A DNA stretch of 59,846 nt, the filler included, from Sphacelaria rigidula (lineage: Eukaryota), in the NCBI GenBank assembly GCA_964200075.2. It is 8 parts of 8 records of this genome, joined end to end, with 100 filler letters (N's around TTAATTAATTAA, not from the genome) between each part and the next. Parts side by side here need not be neighbours in the genome. Positions count along the whole stretch, not along the records: positions 1 to 7,394 come from CAXNAA020015119.1; positions 7,495 to 14,888 come from CAXNAA020015120.1; 6 more parts are not named here. The stretch is one strand, 5' to 3'. The position numbers and the translations under genes are program-made. The notes under the pieces were generated by a model that searched no databases, was not told the origin of the DNA, and saw nothing but the letters and a program-made list of their open reading frames with translations. Shown piece after piece: positions 1 to 11,345 of this stretch. How positions within the stretch are numbered: position 1 is the stretch's first letter; each line of letters opens with the position of its first letter.

Positions 1-62
1 TAGGGATGCGAGGTCAATGGTCTAATGACTATGGCATGCATGATCATGAGTACACCCCCCCC
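1..62 (+). mobile_element. 3' stub of the C-tract-ending LINE/SINE family
   Basis: gggatgcgaggtcaatggtc...catgagtac followed by a C-run; similar to 29728-29801 and to the reverse complement of 34501-34670. Confidence 0.7.
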
Positions 63-225
63 TTCCCCGCGCTTCCTCGACGACGATTCTCAAGACTCAA
101 GGGATCAAAGCTCGTCTCTCGTGTGCCTTTATAATGCTTAATCGTACGCATGTGTTGTTCGTGTCCCTCTGTTTGTTCGTGTTCATCTGTTTGTTCATGT
201 TCCTCTGTTTGTTCGTCTCTCCCAG

Positions 226-413
226 GCGAGTAACCTACGAGCAAATGGCCAGACTCGTACCACCACTCTGTCCAGCCAGAAAGTTCCAGGCGGGTGAAGA
301 ATTGTACAAGGAGGGGGACGTCGACCCCACCTATTATCTTCTGAGGAAGGGTGTTGTTGAGTTTTCGGTTTCGACTCCGGTTGGAAGGGTGCCGCTTCAG
401 ACCCAAGGGCCAG
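226..413 (+). CDS. Internal exon of a cyclic nucleotide-binding (cNMP) domain protein, N-terminal half of the domain
   Basis: Pyrimidine tract plus cccAG acceptor (221-225) and GTatgt donor (414). Translation RVTYEQMARLVPPLCPARKFQAGEELYKEGDVDPTYYLLRKGVVEFSVSTPVGRVPLQTQGP fits the cNMP pattern FxxGExIxxEGDxxxxxYxIxxGxV. Ends in phase 1. Confidence 0.85.
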
Positions 414-436
414 GTATGTCATATGGGGATATGGGA

Positions 437-572
437 TGGGGCGGGGCGTACTCATTTGTTGCTTGCCTTGGTCATTTGACCACTGACCACGCATCCCTTT
501 TGAGACGGAGCACCGTTCCTACTCCTGATAAAGACACCTTCAATATCCAGGCGCTCATTACGTTTCTCTTAT
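437..572 (-). mobile_element. 5'-truncated 3' end of the C-tract-ending LINE (intronic)
   Basis: ggggcgtactcatttgttgcttgcc...gagacggagcaccgttcctactc matches 30302-30460 and 54975-55110, which continue into LINE coding sequence. Confidence 0.8.
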
Positions 573-1647
573 ATGGAGTGGGGGCAATTAATAAGATGAG
601 CAACAAGTGATGGTATCGGTGATTACTACCGACAGGAAACAGTTGCGGACACTTCTATTTTGCCTCTCAACGCTCCTTTGTCTCTTGTTTTTTGTAGGAA
701 CTAAAGGGGAGATATACTCCTGTTTGTTTTTGTACTCCCCCCCCCCCCCGCCATTTTGGTTCCCCGCCGGGAGAAAAAATAGCGTTTTTCCCCGATCATC
801 ACATGGATGGGTCATGTGCCCCTTCAATCGGGTACTGTGTGCAGGGAAGTAAGAACAAATGGGAAGTAGATATAAGTTTGTATCAAGCTGCAGAAAAAAG
901 GGAGGTGCTTTGTTTCCCTCCCTCCCTCCCTTGCTTCCTTTTTTTTCGCCGCGCACCGTGAAGCACATACCCGAAAGGAACGTTCTCGGTTTTACTGACC
1001 CTGACGGGTCTTTTGTTTTTTAATCAAAAGAGGACAAGACGAGGAACGATGTATGTTATTGATGTTATATACCAATACTGTTGTGTGCTCTTTGGTTCAT
1101 TTTTTTTTTTTTTTCTTCCTATCTCGTTTTTTCCTGAGCCCGCATGGTGAAAAGTCAAAACAAGGATAAACAATAACATAAAGACAAAAAAACAAGGGCA
1201 ACAGTCTCGATACCGTTCTCGCCTTTACTGTGCTGTTTATGGAAAGAGAACCGAGTGAATCAGGACACGGGGGCGTTGGCGTGTGCTTGTGTGCGGATGT
1301 GTGCGTGCACGTGTGTGTGTAACCCCCTGCTCTTCGTGTGCATGGTCCGTTGGGGGAAAACGAAAAAGCTGTATTAAGAAATTACATTACCGCTACTTCC
1401 TCAGAAGCAAACAAGAACATTATATATATACATTGTTTTTAACAGTTTGCTACGATGGCAGGTCCGTCGAATTGGACCGATTCGACAACTTGGGCAAAGC
1501 CGAGCGCCTTGACCAGTACCACCGCACCCTCTCGATCTTCGCGCGCTCCCTGATTGGCTGACTGTTTGCTTGATTATCGTGCACATTAACTGATCCACTG
1601 TGAATCCACCCGTGATTTGTCCCAAGGAGGTGGATGTACGTAACCGG

Positions 1648-2460
1648 AGATTTGATTTGATTTGATTTGATTTGATTTGATTTGATTCGATTTGATTGTC
1701 GCACTTCAAACCTTTGGGAACCAGACACCCAGGGAGTGCTGATTTTTGTTTTTGTAAATCGGCATCATTTCAGCCATTTTCATGTCAAAATGATGCCGAT
1801 TTACCAGAACAAAAAGATTCACAAGACAAAAATCAGCACTTGAGTTAGTTCCCAAAGGGTGAACTGACCCCCACGGATCCAAATGTGGTCGCATGATAGA
1901 CGTGTACCACCCAAGACATGATAAAACTGAAACACTCGCTGAGGAAGAAAAAAAAAATGGTGGGGGAAAGTAGAACGGAACGACGTACAATGGTAGGCTA
2001 AGACGTACAAAAAAAAGGAAATAACAAAGAAAAATAAATAAAAGGAAAGTAAAGCATACAAAAAAATGACCGGTCTCTGCCGCACGACTTCAGCGTACAA
2101 GGTCTTGCGTAGAACCTCACTCATACCCAGTCGTAGTAAACAAAAGACAGTAAAGAGGAAAATTTTACAGCTCATCTACTACAAGCGCTCTATTTAGGGT
2201 ATGGGCTTTCTCATCTGCGAAGAAACACAGTGAAGCGAGGTACCACACTGCTCTGCCATACACCGGCATGAAAGAACACATATTCAAGAGAGGAAAAGAT
2301 AGGAACGAGAGACAACAGAGAGGAGACTACAGAAGTGAAGCCATAAAGAAAAAAAAATCAGGGCAGCAGAGTGGATACAGACACACACCAGGGAGCACCG
2401 CAAAGTCCTCCCACCGACTCAGGATACAATCAACAGCCGATATGAGATGCGTGCAATAAA
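1648..2460 (-). mobile_element. RTE-like LINE 3'UTR fragments with a (CAAAT)n tail
   Basis: (GATTT)n array next to ttgtcgcact. 1860-2450 resembles 7720-8170, the 3'UTR of the RT-bearing LINE. Confidence 0.6.
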
Positions 2461-2799
2461 CACGAATACTCGCTGAGAGAAACTCGTCGAAGGGAAATGG
2501 GGGCAGACTGAAGAAGAAGAAATTGAGAAAAAAAGTCGGAAATTGATCTACAATACATGTTTATACACATGTGCATATACTGTAAGGGTTTCGGCGGCTT
2601 TCGCCGCCACGCTCCATGGGACTACAGCCAAGATACATGGCCATCGGTGATAGTTATGTGCGTTGCGTAGTGGCACATCTCATAGTTTAGAGGAAAAGCC
2701 ATGGCAGCTCATGAGCTGACCACGTTGTTCGTGGCCTTGCACAAACCTTTTCAGAATTCGATGAGAAACGATGATTTCTGTGTGAGACGCGCGCCCAGC

Positions 2800-2808
2800 A
2801 CACACACA

Positions 2809-2852
<44 letters not shown>
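2800..2852. repeat. (CA)n microsatellite
   Basis: Seen directly. Confidence 0.95.
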
Positions 2853-2854
<2 letters not shown>

Positions 2855-3384
2855 GGGTCAATCCCAGTTGAGATGATGCCGATTCAAATTCGAAAAATAA
2901 GTGCGGCTGAAGGGTTTTTGTTTTTACCTCACCCCAATGAACTCGGGGAGAGCTATCTATTTATCTCGTGTTTTCTTTTCACGTCTCTTTCCTTGTTTTT
3001 TTTGTGTTTTCGTTTGCTTTGTTTTATTTCTTGTCTCGATTCTTACAATGAGTGATGACAACTCTATGCTTTGTAAGGAATAACAGAGATGGTACGAATT
3101 GGGAAGATGGATCTACGTCTGTGACCACGGGTACGAGAGACTCGTACTGATGTGTGAAAATGATCATGATAGTTAAATGCTGCATCCGATTGGTCATGAT
3201 GAACGAAACAAGCATGTACACCGTAAAATACAACAGCAGCAGCAGCGGCAGCAGCGGCAGCAGCGGCAGTAGCAGTGCAGAGACAGGGGAAAAGGAAGTA
3301 CAGTTGAGACGATGGGACATGCGTGCAAGATCAAAACACGCTCCGGGTGTGCAATTCTTGCCTCGAGAGGTAGACTGCGTTTGA

Positions 3385-3489
3385 CCCCTTGGTCGCGAGG
3401 GTGGTCCATCTGGATCATGCATACCTTCATCGAGTGAAATTTATACCGTTTCAACAGATGATCTACTTTTCTCGCCGTCCGTCAAAGGG
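3385..3489. mobile_element. piggyBac-like ~105-bp MITE
   Basis: CCC...GGG termini with TTGA duplicated at 3381-3384 and 3490-3493. A paralogous empty site lies at about 4537-4604. Confidence 0.75.
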
Positions 3490-3933
3490 TTGATGGGAGA
3501 GCGGCGGCACGATTTTGCTCGTGTCTTCTGATTGTCGTTAGGCTTTTACTCATTACGCTAGCACGGTTTTTGAAGAATTCGTTCATCTTTAAGATAATGA
3601 TGGGTCGCTATTTTGTAAAACCGTGCTCGCATATTAAGAAGACTAATTGTCATATGAACATGATGCCGGTTCGATTTTCATTTAAAATCGATGCTTATTC
3701 CACAGATGACTTATTTTTGTTTCGTTTTCAGCCCGAAGAGGAACATGGATAACGGGGGTACGTACGAAGGCTTGACACAGCCCATCACAATCAAAGGTCC
3801 CCGAAAACCGAATATACACAGCTCAAGCCGTAGCCGCGCATCAGCTGAGCTGCTGGGGAAAATATTGGTTTCTGCTGGTTTTTTAACGGTATCCTTTCTC
3901 GGCTCGGCATCATCACCGCCGTGAGCCTTATGG

Positions 3934-4137
3934 CCCTAGACCGCGATGGTAGTCGTTGGGGTCATGCATATTTTTTGTCCAAGTGTGAAATGGATGCCGA
4001 TTCAGCAGATGAACTGTTCTCCCTGTCTACGGGTTAACCTTTAGGCAGCGAGAGTAGGTCATCTGTTGAATCGGCAGTAATTTCACTTGAAAAAGGTATT
4101 CATGATCCAGATCGACTATGCCCTCGCTGTCTAAGGA
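3934..4137. mobile_element. Inverted dimer of the piggyBac-like MITE sharing a central TTAA
   Basis: Two ~100-bp copies in opposite orientation around gggTTAAcc (4034-4037), with TTAA at 4138-4141. Confidence 0.7.
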
Positions 4138-6106
4138 TTAACGGTCTCTGAAAAATAAGTGATGTTTTTTTCCTTGCAATGATGACCCGACCTGTTTAAC
4201 GGTCTCCCTTGCCGGATCGTAGAGTTATCATCCATTTTCGTTTTCTTCGGTTATTTTCACCATGCGCCGACGGAGCTAACGACGGTGGTGGTGATACTGA
4301 TTAAAATGGAAATGGTGCGAATTCGTGAATAACCGAAACGATGCCGATCCTAACTTTCAATGGAAAGAAAGTGCGGCTCATATCAAAACCTGATGCCGGT
4401 TCAAAAAAACCTGTGAAACCAGAACGATTAAAACAATAATTGAGGCATTTGGAACCGTGTGCCCGGACAGCTCTGTCGAGGTAGCACGAGGTTCGACTCA
4501 CACATCATCACAACACGCTCGAGGTGATCCAGCCCTGCCTCGAGAGGAAGACTGTGTTCGATGGAGAGCGGTTGCATGATTGTGTCTCGTGTCTTCTGAT
4601 TGTCAGGGAAATATGATACCGAGTCGACTTTCGTAGTGAAATCGATGCCGATTTCTCAAACGAGCGGTCGAGATGGATGGCGGTACCCCCGCGGGTCGAA
4701 GAGTCCGCTGAGGCGTGGAGACAGGAAATTTGAGCGGAACGCGCCAGCCCTAACGCTATCCAGAAGAACACAGTGCAAAGGGAGAATGTACTCAAACGCA
4801 ATCAGGAAATAGAACGCACCCTGCAGGTACCATCTAGCCAAATGCAAGCGAAGAGGTATAAGCGAAAAAGTGTATTCTAAAATGAAGTAAAGACGAAATG
4901 GTGGCTCCTCAGAGCTTCAGAGAACAAAATGGCCCCAAAACATACGTACTCTAGAATCAAGTGATCAAAATGACACCCGTCTGCAGGGAACGCATCTCAG
5001 GGCAACTATCTCTGCTATGTGTTTTGTATACGTAGTATATGATTTTACGTACAGCACATGCACACAAAGTATACTGTGAGGACGAGGGTAGTGACAAGTC
5101 TACACGTGTCCATACCCGCGACGGGACCATCTCTTCCTCGGCATATTTCTGAGATTATTCGTGGACCCCTCCGCTCCGTTCCGGGAATGTTCCCCCAGAA
5201 ACAGCTCTCCGTCTCCTCGGGTCAGTGCCCATCCTGTCCCCGGAGTGATGGTCATACTCCAACTCGAGGCGGCGCCTGTCCCCGCGCCCCCTCTAAACAC
5301 CTCACCGACTCGATCTTCTCGTATTTCTTTCACATAAGAACAAATTGTCTGGGAACGTCTCACGGCCAAGTACTAGAATACCTCTCCCACACCTAGGGGT
5401 GGTAGCCTTGATACACGGGGAAAATTTAACGTCTAGCCACATTATGTGATATACTGTACATCACTACTGTGCATTCGAAGTATATCCGTCGTACGTCGAG
5501 AGAAAATATTACATATTCCGTTACTAAGCACACCTGTATTATTTCACTGAGCATACATATATACACCTGTATCATTTCACGTCTTTTAAATGTTTACAGT
5601 AATCGACAATGAAGCAGGAGAAGTATACGGTTTGGTTACATAGACATACCTACACAAATAGATACTGGCACATATTATTTTTCATTTTCATTTTAATTTT
5701 AATTTCAATTTTCAATTTAGTTATGTATTTATTTGTCGCACGCTGAGCCCCTCCCTTTCCCTATCATTTTTTTAAATTTCTTTACTTGTCGCACTTTGAA
5801 CCCCTCCCCTTCCTCGGGATGAGTCCGTGGTCCCTAGGGATCAATCCGTCTCTCCTCCGGTACACGCCTTGCATTTTGGTCTCGCGGGTTTGGGTTATGA
5901 CTGTCAGCACTCCCGCACCGCGTCAACTCACGTCAAACAAACTCAGCCGACTACTTGTTGTTTTACTGACGTTCTCACGCTTTCCATGGTGAAAATTACA
6001 TACTAGCAAGAAAAAACCCAACACATCGAGAATCGAACGCTCGTTCTCTCCACCCTAATGGCGACAGTCGGACCAGTACACCACCGGGGCGCGGCGGCCA
6101 TAAATG

Positions 6107-6200
6107 AATACATGCATACATGCATACATACATAATACATACATACATACATACATACATACATACATACATACGTACGTATACGTACGTACGTACGTAC
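6107..6200. repeat. (CATA)n/(CGTA)n microsatellite; a (GCGGT)n tract lies at 6460-6505
   Basis: Seen directly, flanking the second cNMP exon. Confidence 0.95.
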
Positions 6201-6237
6201 ACCCACGCATACCCGTACACCCCCGTACACTCAAAAG

Positions 6238-6419
6238 GAGCATCGTTCGGAGAGGTGGAGCTGCTGCGGGCGGATGGATCAACAGCGCCCCGCCTCGCCA
6301 CGTGCAGGTGCCTGGGTCGTCCCGGGGGCGGCGGGTGCGAGGCTCTCGTGATGCGGGGCCACCTATTTTCGCTCTTGACGGACGTGTTCGGTGGTGTCAG
6401 GGCAACGTTGGAAACCCAG
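6238..6419 (+). CDS. Next exon of the same cNMP-domain gene (phosphate-binding cassette)
   Basis: AG at 6236-6237 and GTaagc donor at 6420. The phase-1 start joins exon 226-413 to give GP-G-ASFGEVELLRADGSTAPRLATCRC...LETQ, i.e. the FGE...PRxAT motif. Implies a 5824-bp intron. Confidence 0.85.
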
Positions 6420-6663
6420 GTAAGCGCAAGAACTCAGGAGGTGCTTCGAGGGGTGCGTTGCTGTGCTGTGCGGTGCTGTGCGGTGCGGTGCGGTGCGGTG
6501 CGGTGAGGTGACCAGGCGCGGTATGGGGTTAGTAGGTCGTACTCCAGGAAGGCGCTAGTAACTACTCGCTATATTTTCTTCGCAGGATGTTTGTTTGCTT
6601 CGTTGTATTGAGAGTAGTTCCTCCCCACAGCGAGTACAAGTATTCAAGGGCGTGTCGGGTAAA

Positions 6664-6830
6664 GGGTATACCCGAATTGTGATATTTTGAAAAGTTGTAC
6701 ATCATTTACCTTAGTCAGTCACAATGACTTACATGTGCGTTATAGAGGGGGACAGCAGCACCGAACTGCCTCCTGCTGCCGGCATGTGTCAGATATACTT
6801 TTCAAAGTCCCGAAATATCGGGTATACCCC
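6664..6830. mobile_element. Small TIR element (MITE)
   Basis: gggtatacccgaa...tttgaaaagt and its inverted counterpart acttttcaaa...tcgggtataccc. Confidence 0.55.
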
Positions 6831-7394
6831 CATCGCAACTGATATGTTCTTGCAAGTATTGAGTGCCTCATTGCTCGGTCGGTCGGTCGGTAGATTGGTT
6901 GCTGCACATGAAAAAGGGTTCGCAGTGAATCCCGCCGTGGTTTGTCATATGACCAGGCACACGCGTACGTGAGGGTCCCAACTGGTGTTACATTTTGAGG
7001 TAAGGAAAAGAAGGGGAGCATCGCCAAAGGGGGGAGTTGGGTAGGAAAAATAGGGGTGCGGAATTGGAGAAAAAAAAAGTGGGAGGGAGAAGAGAGAACG
7101 GTACGCGGCGTATCGTATCGTATGTCATCACAGCGTATCGTATCGACACCTTTTTAAAGTACTGAGTGCGTATTCACCCCTCCCTGATGTGCCTGCTTAC
7201 CTACCCGGACTACTGAGCGCCGACTGTACACGAGTACACCAGATTACCTCGAGAACTGGTCAATCGTTGATTGGCATTATCTAATCCGTTGCGTATCACT
7301 ATTTCGCAGTGGTTAGGGTATCACAAGGTGAACAAATATCAATCAAGGTAGACGGACGAGAACCACTCGTTGGGGGGAAACTCGGGGGGCGGGA

Positions 7395-7494
7395 NNNNNN
7401 NNNNNNNNNNNNNNNNNNNNNNNNNNNNNNNNNNNNNNTTAATTAATTAANNNNNNNNNNNNNNNNNNNNNNNNNNNNNNNNNNNNNNNNNNNN
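7395..7494. other. Artificial scaffold spacer N44-TTAATTAATTAA-N44 (also at 14889-14988, 22383-22482, 29876-29975, 37369-37468, 44862-44961, 52355-52454)
   Basis: Identical 100-bp linker with stop codons in all six frames, separating pieces of 7394 to 7392 bp in descending size order. Confidence 0.97.
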
Positions 7495-7697
7495 TTGTGT
7501 CCATTAATGCAGGCACAACCCGCCGCAGAGAGCCTTGAAAAGCCTACTCTCAATCGCACCATCCACTCTCAATCTCACGAAACTACTGTTAAAGGCAAAC
7601 ACAACCTATGAGATTGGTACGAACGAAAAGCCAAAAGTGTATTCGATGCAGCAAGACGTTCACACGTTCAGCGTATGTCCGAGGTAGGACAGGGCAC

Positions 7698-9392
7698 TTT
7701 TTTTAATCGATTGTCGCACTTTAACTGACCCCCAAGGGTTCCAGCCGTGGTCTCATGATAGACGTACCCAAGAAAAACGAAACTGAAACACCCTATAAGA
7801 AAAAAACAAGGAACCGAAAAAATAAGAAAGAGGGGTCGAACAGAACGACATAGCAGACTAAGTCGTGACAAGATAAAGTAATAAAAAAGTCGACACAAGC
7901 AAAGCACAGAGAGAAATGGCCGACCTGTAACAAGAGAAAGGAAATAAGAGGGAAGTACAAAGCAAATGAAAAAAATACAGTAAAACATTGAAAAACACAC
8001 TGGAAAAAAAGAGAGAAAAAAAGAGAGAAAAAAAGAGAGAAATAAAAAGAGAGAAATAAAAGGGAAAGACCCAAGGGATTCAGGGCAGCGGAGTAGATAC
8101 AGACACACACCAGTGGGTACCGCAGAGCAACGGACTAAGGATATGATCAACAACCGATATGAGCGGACAGGAGTTTTGGATTGGCAGCCCTCGACGCAGC
8201 AGCTTCTCGCTTGTGACGGCGGTCTGATTCTCGCTCGTCCGCGCGTCACCAAGTGCCCTCAAACTCTTCCGCTCCCTTTTCGACTCTATTATGCCATTTG
8301 CCCAGATCCTTCGCCGCAGTGACCCAATCGTATGCATCGTTAACCTCTACACCGTAGACGAACCACTTCCGTCGAGCTCCTTTGCGCGGGACAGCCCCTA
8401 GCAGACCGTTCATGACACGCTTGGAAAGGCGTATGTCCTTCTGCCGGACAAGGGCTCCCGCGAACCAGAGTTGACGTTTGCGGATAGTCGTCTCGATACG
8501 TTCGTAGTTGGTCATCTCGAGCACCGCTCTGTACGAAAAAGTCTTGTAGCCATTTCGATCGTTCCTGCGCAATCCAACTACTCGCAGCAAGAGCTTGTGA
8601 TGGGCAGTGCGCAGACTGTTGAAGTCTTCAGAACGTAGCGTCCATGTGGCACACCCATACGACGGAGCTTCCACCACCTCCGCTTTAAGCAGTCGAACTT
8701 CCAAGGATAGCTCGGCGTTGGGTCGGTCGTAGAGTTGGGAGCTATATTTTCGGATACGCGCCCACGCCGCGCTGATACGGCGGTTGATTTCGATGGAAAT
8801 TTTCGCATCCGCGCTGATAGCTCCACCAAGGTACATGAACTCCCCCGTCTGCTTATACCGTTGACCGGCCTTCGTGGGATTGGGTACTGACCAAAGGCGC
8901 ATGGACTCTGTGTTGGTCTCGGAGACCATCAGACCGAATTCCTGGCAGGTCATCACTATCACGGCCATCATTTGAGCGAGGCCTTATGAGGTCTTCGAGG
9001 CTATGCCGGCGTCGTCCGCATAAAGTATTGCCAACACCGCGCGTCACACCTTTTCCAGTGGTGTCTCTCCCACGCATTCACCACCGACACGTTGTGTCGC
9101 ATCATGTAGAAACGGAGACGATGAGTGGGTCCCCCGCGAACCGCTGGACGGTCACTTCCACCAAGCCTGCTCCGAAGATGTTGAACAGCAGCGGGGACGA
9201 AACGCAACCGTATCCGAGTCCCTGGCAGACGTCGAACCACGCTGGTAGTTCGCCATTATTTAGCTGTACTCGAGCTCGCATGCCGTCGTGAACCATACGG
9301 ATGATCGTGATCATTCGCGACGGGACTCGGAACCGAGCAAGCACTTCCCACAGGAGCGTGCGGTCTATAGAATCGTAGGCTTTCTGCAGGTC
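7698..9392 (-). mobile_element. 5'-truncated, frameshifted RTE-like LINE (RT C-terminal part plus 3'UTR)
   Basis: Minus-strand motifs DLQKAYDSIDR..LWEVLARF, QGLGYGCVSSPLLFN, LYADDAG, FMYLGG, EINRRISAAW and RQLWFAG (ORFs 9102-9344 and 8246-8971). T-rich 3'UTR ending aagtgcgacaatcgattA7. Confidence 0.92.
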
Positions 9393-9999
9393 TCCTTGAA
9401 TTTCTTCTCATCATCGCCGTCGACATTCAGATGGGGTGGCGTCAGATTCGCGGGAAGTTCGGAGGGCAGCAAGTCGGGTCCTACAAAGCTTTCCACTTCG
9501 GCGTCCATCTGTCAGCAGAATGATGTTTTCAGGCAATAATCATCGCGGCAGGGGCCTACTACGTGAATGGCCAGGTTATACTCCACGAGTTCCCGTGGCC
9601 GTGGGTATTCACAACTTTCCCGACCACGGCACCATCGAAGGACGACGTCGAATGACGCGGAACCGCCGCCAAAAAGTCACACGGAGTGAGGGTCACGCCT
9701 CCTGCATCTTACGCTAATCGACACCGACGCTGTCGATGAGCACTTCATATTTTTCACTTACACGGGCGACGAAGCATCATAAGTCCATATCCAACCGTGG
9801 CGCACCTAAACGCACCCGCTGGCGAAAGCCTTGTCAAAGGATACGTCAACGCGTTCTTCGAGGGGGGTCCTGGTATTCGGATTCGCGAAAAACAGCTCGA
9901 TCCGACGTCCTCGACTTAGAGCAACCTCTGCAAGCTGCGTGTCCTCCACGCCGACACTCATGACTGTGTCTCCAGCCATGGAAAACCTTTTGAGAGCAG

Positions 10000-10400
10000 G
10001 TACGAAAATATACAATGGCACATATGAGGCGATATGTGTCGAGAAATTCATAGCGGTATAACACTATATTCGTGAGATGTAAAGTTTAGTTTCAGATTCA
10101 GAGGCAGTATTTCAAGCAGAAGAACTGTCTTCTTTGTGGTCGGTTCTTATGCGAAACAGTTCACGTCACTAACCAACCAACTTTGGAGGCTGTGAAAACA
10201 CGCATGTTCATTACTCAAATTGGTTGATAAGTGACGCGAACTGTTTCGGGTAAGAATCGACCACAAAGAAAACAGCTCTTCCGTTTGAAATCCAGGCTCT
10301 GAATCTGAAACTACACTCTGCATCTCACGACTATAGTGTTATACCGCTATGAATTTCTCGACACATGTCGCCTCATATGTGTTATTGTATATTTTCGTAC
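10000..10400. mobile_element. ~400-bp foldback MITE, Tc1/mariner-like (TA-flanked)
   Basis: Two arms of about 185 bp that are near reverse complements (gtacgaaaatatacaat... / ...attgtatattttcgtac) with a short central loop. Confidence 0.85.
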
Positions 10401-10549
10401 AGTAGAGCGAGCCATGAAATATATGTTCGAGCGCTTTCATTTGCTCTTGCGTTATACCATTTTTGATTTCGTCCTTTTCAGCCATCGTTCGTTAGATTCC
10501 AACCAAGATTGATGATTCTGCAGTGGAATATTCCAAGGTTGTGTTGTGT

Positions 10550-11345
10550 AGGGGACGGGTATCTTAATTAGGGTATCAGATTCCTTACAGAACTTATAGG
10601 AATTCCGGGTACCGGTATGAAAGTTTGACAGAAGTTATAAAACTGTGGGGTGCCGACTGCTGCCGAGATAGCCCCCCCCCCATAACCGGCCAAAAACGTG
10701 CACGCAGGCGATGATCATAACTGCCGTCAACGCTGGTTTAGGGCTGCGCGACGCGACTGATTTGAGCGTTTTCGCTGATTTTGGACTGCTACACGCCTCT
10801 CATGTGGGCGAAATTGCTGCAAACGAGCCCAATAGTGGGATCGCAGCCGGTTCGTTGGATGGCGCCGGTGCACTTCTTGTGGGGGGGCTATCTCGGCATT
10901 AGTCTGCCGTTTTGAAAGTCTTACAGAAATTACAGAACTTGTCGGGTGCGGTATGGGAGGATTAACAGAAAAACCGTGCCGGCAATCGGATATTTCTGGA
11001 AGAGCATACCCGCGCTCCGGGTACGGGTAAACTTTCTGTGCAGAACTCACAGAACTGTCGGGTAACGACGTGGGAGGCTTAAAGAACTCACAACAACTGT
11101 CGGGTAGGGTACGGAGGTTGCACAGAAGACCGCACCCGCAATCGGGGATCTGATGAAGAACGTACCCGTGCCCCCCCGTAACGGTACGAGAGGCTTACAG
11201 AACTCACAGAATCATTGGGTAAGGGTATCAAAGTCTTACCGAGATGACAGAAGTGTCGGGTTTCGATATGAAGGCCTGACAGAAGTCTCGGATCTGTCAT
11301 GTACGGTTAATACCCGGGAAAACACCCTGGGTATGCAGAAACCCG
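10550..11345. repeat. Degenerate tandem array of ~34-bp units (ttacagaact..cagaa.t.tcgggta.gggtatg.a.g)
   Basis: Motif recurs more than 10 times, interrupted by the MITE at 10655-10904. Confidence 0.75.
10655..10904. mobile_element. 250-bp MITE with a 4-bp TSD (TGCC)
   Basis: TIR GACT(GC/AA)TGCCGAGATAGCCCCCCC at both ends; TGCC at 10651-10654 and 10905-10908. Confidence 0.88.

Noticed and set aside
7668-8252. Hydrophobic 194-aa ORF as a membrane protein
   Set aside because: It is a translation of the T-rich LINE 3'UTR; the same applies to 1819-2175.
10711-10902. 63-aa ORF as a host exon
   Set aside because: It lies wholly within a TSD-bounded MITE.
10550-11345. CRISPR-like 34-bp periodicity
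   Set aside because: Degenerate tandem satellite with no repeat-spacer alternation.
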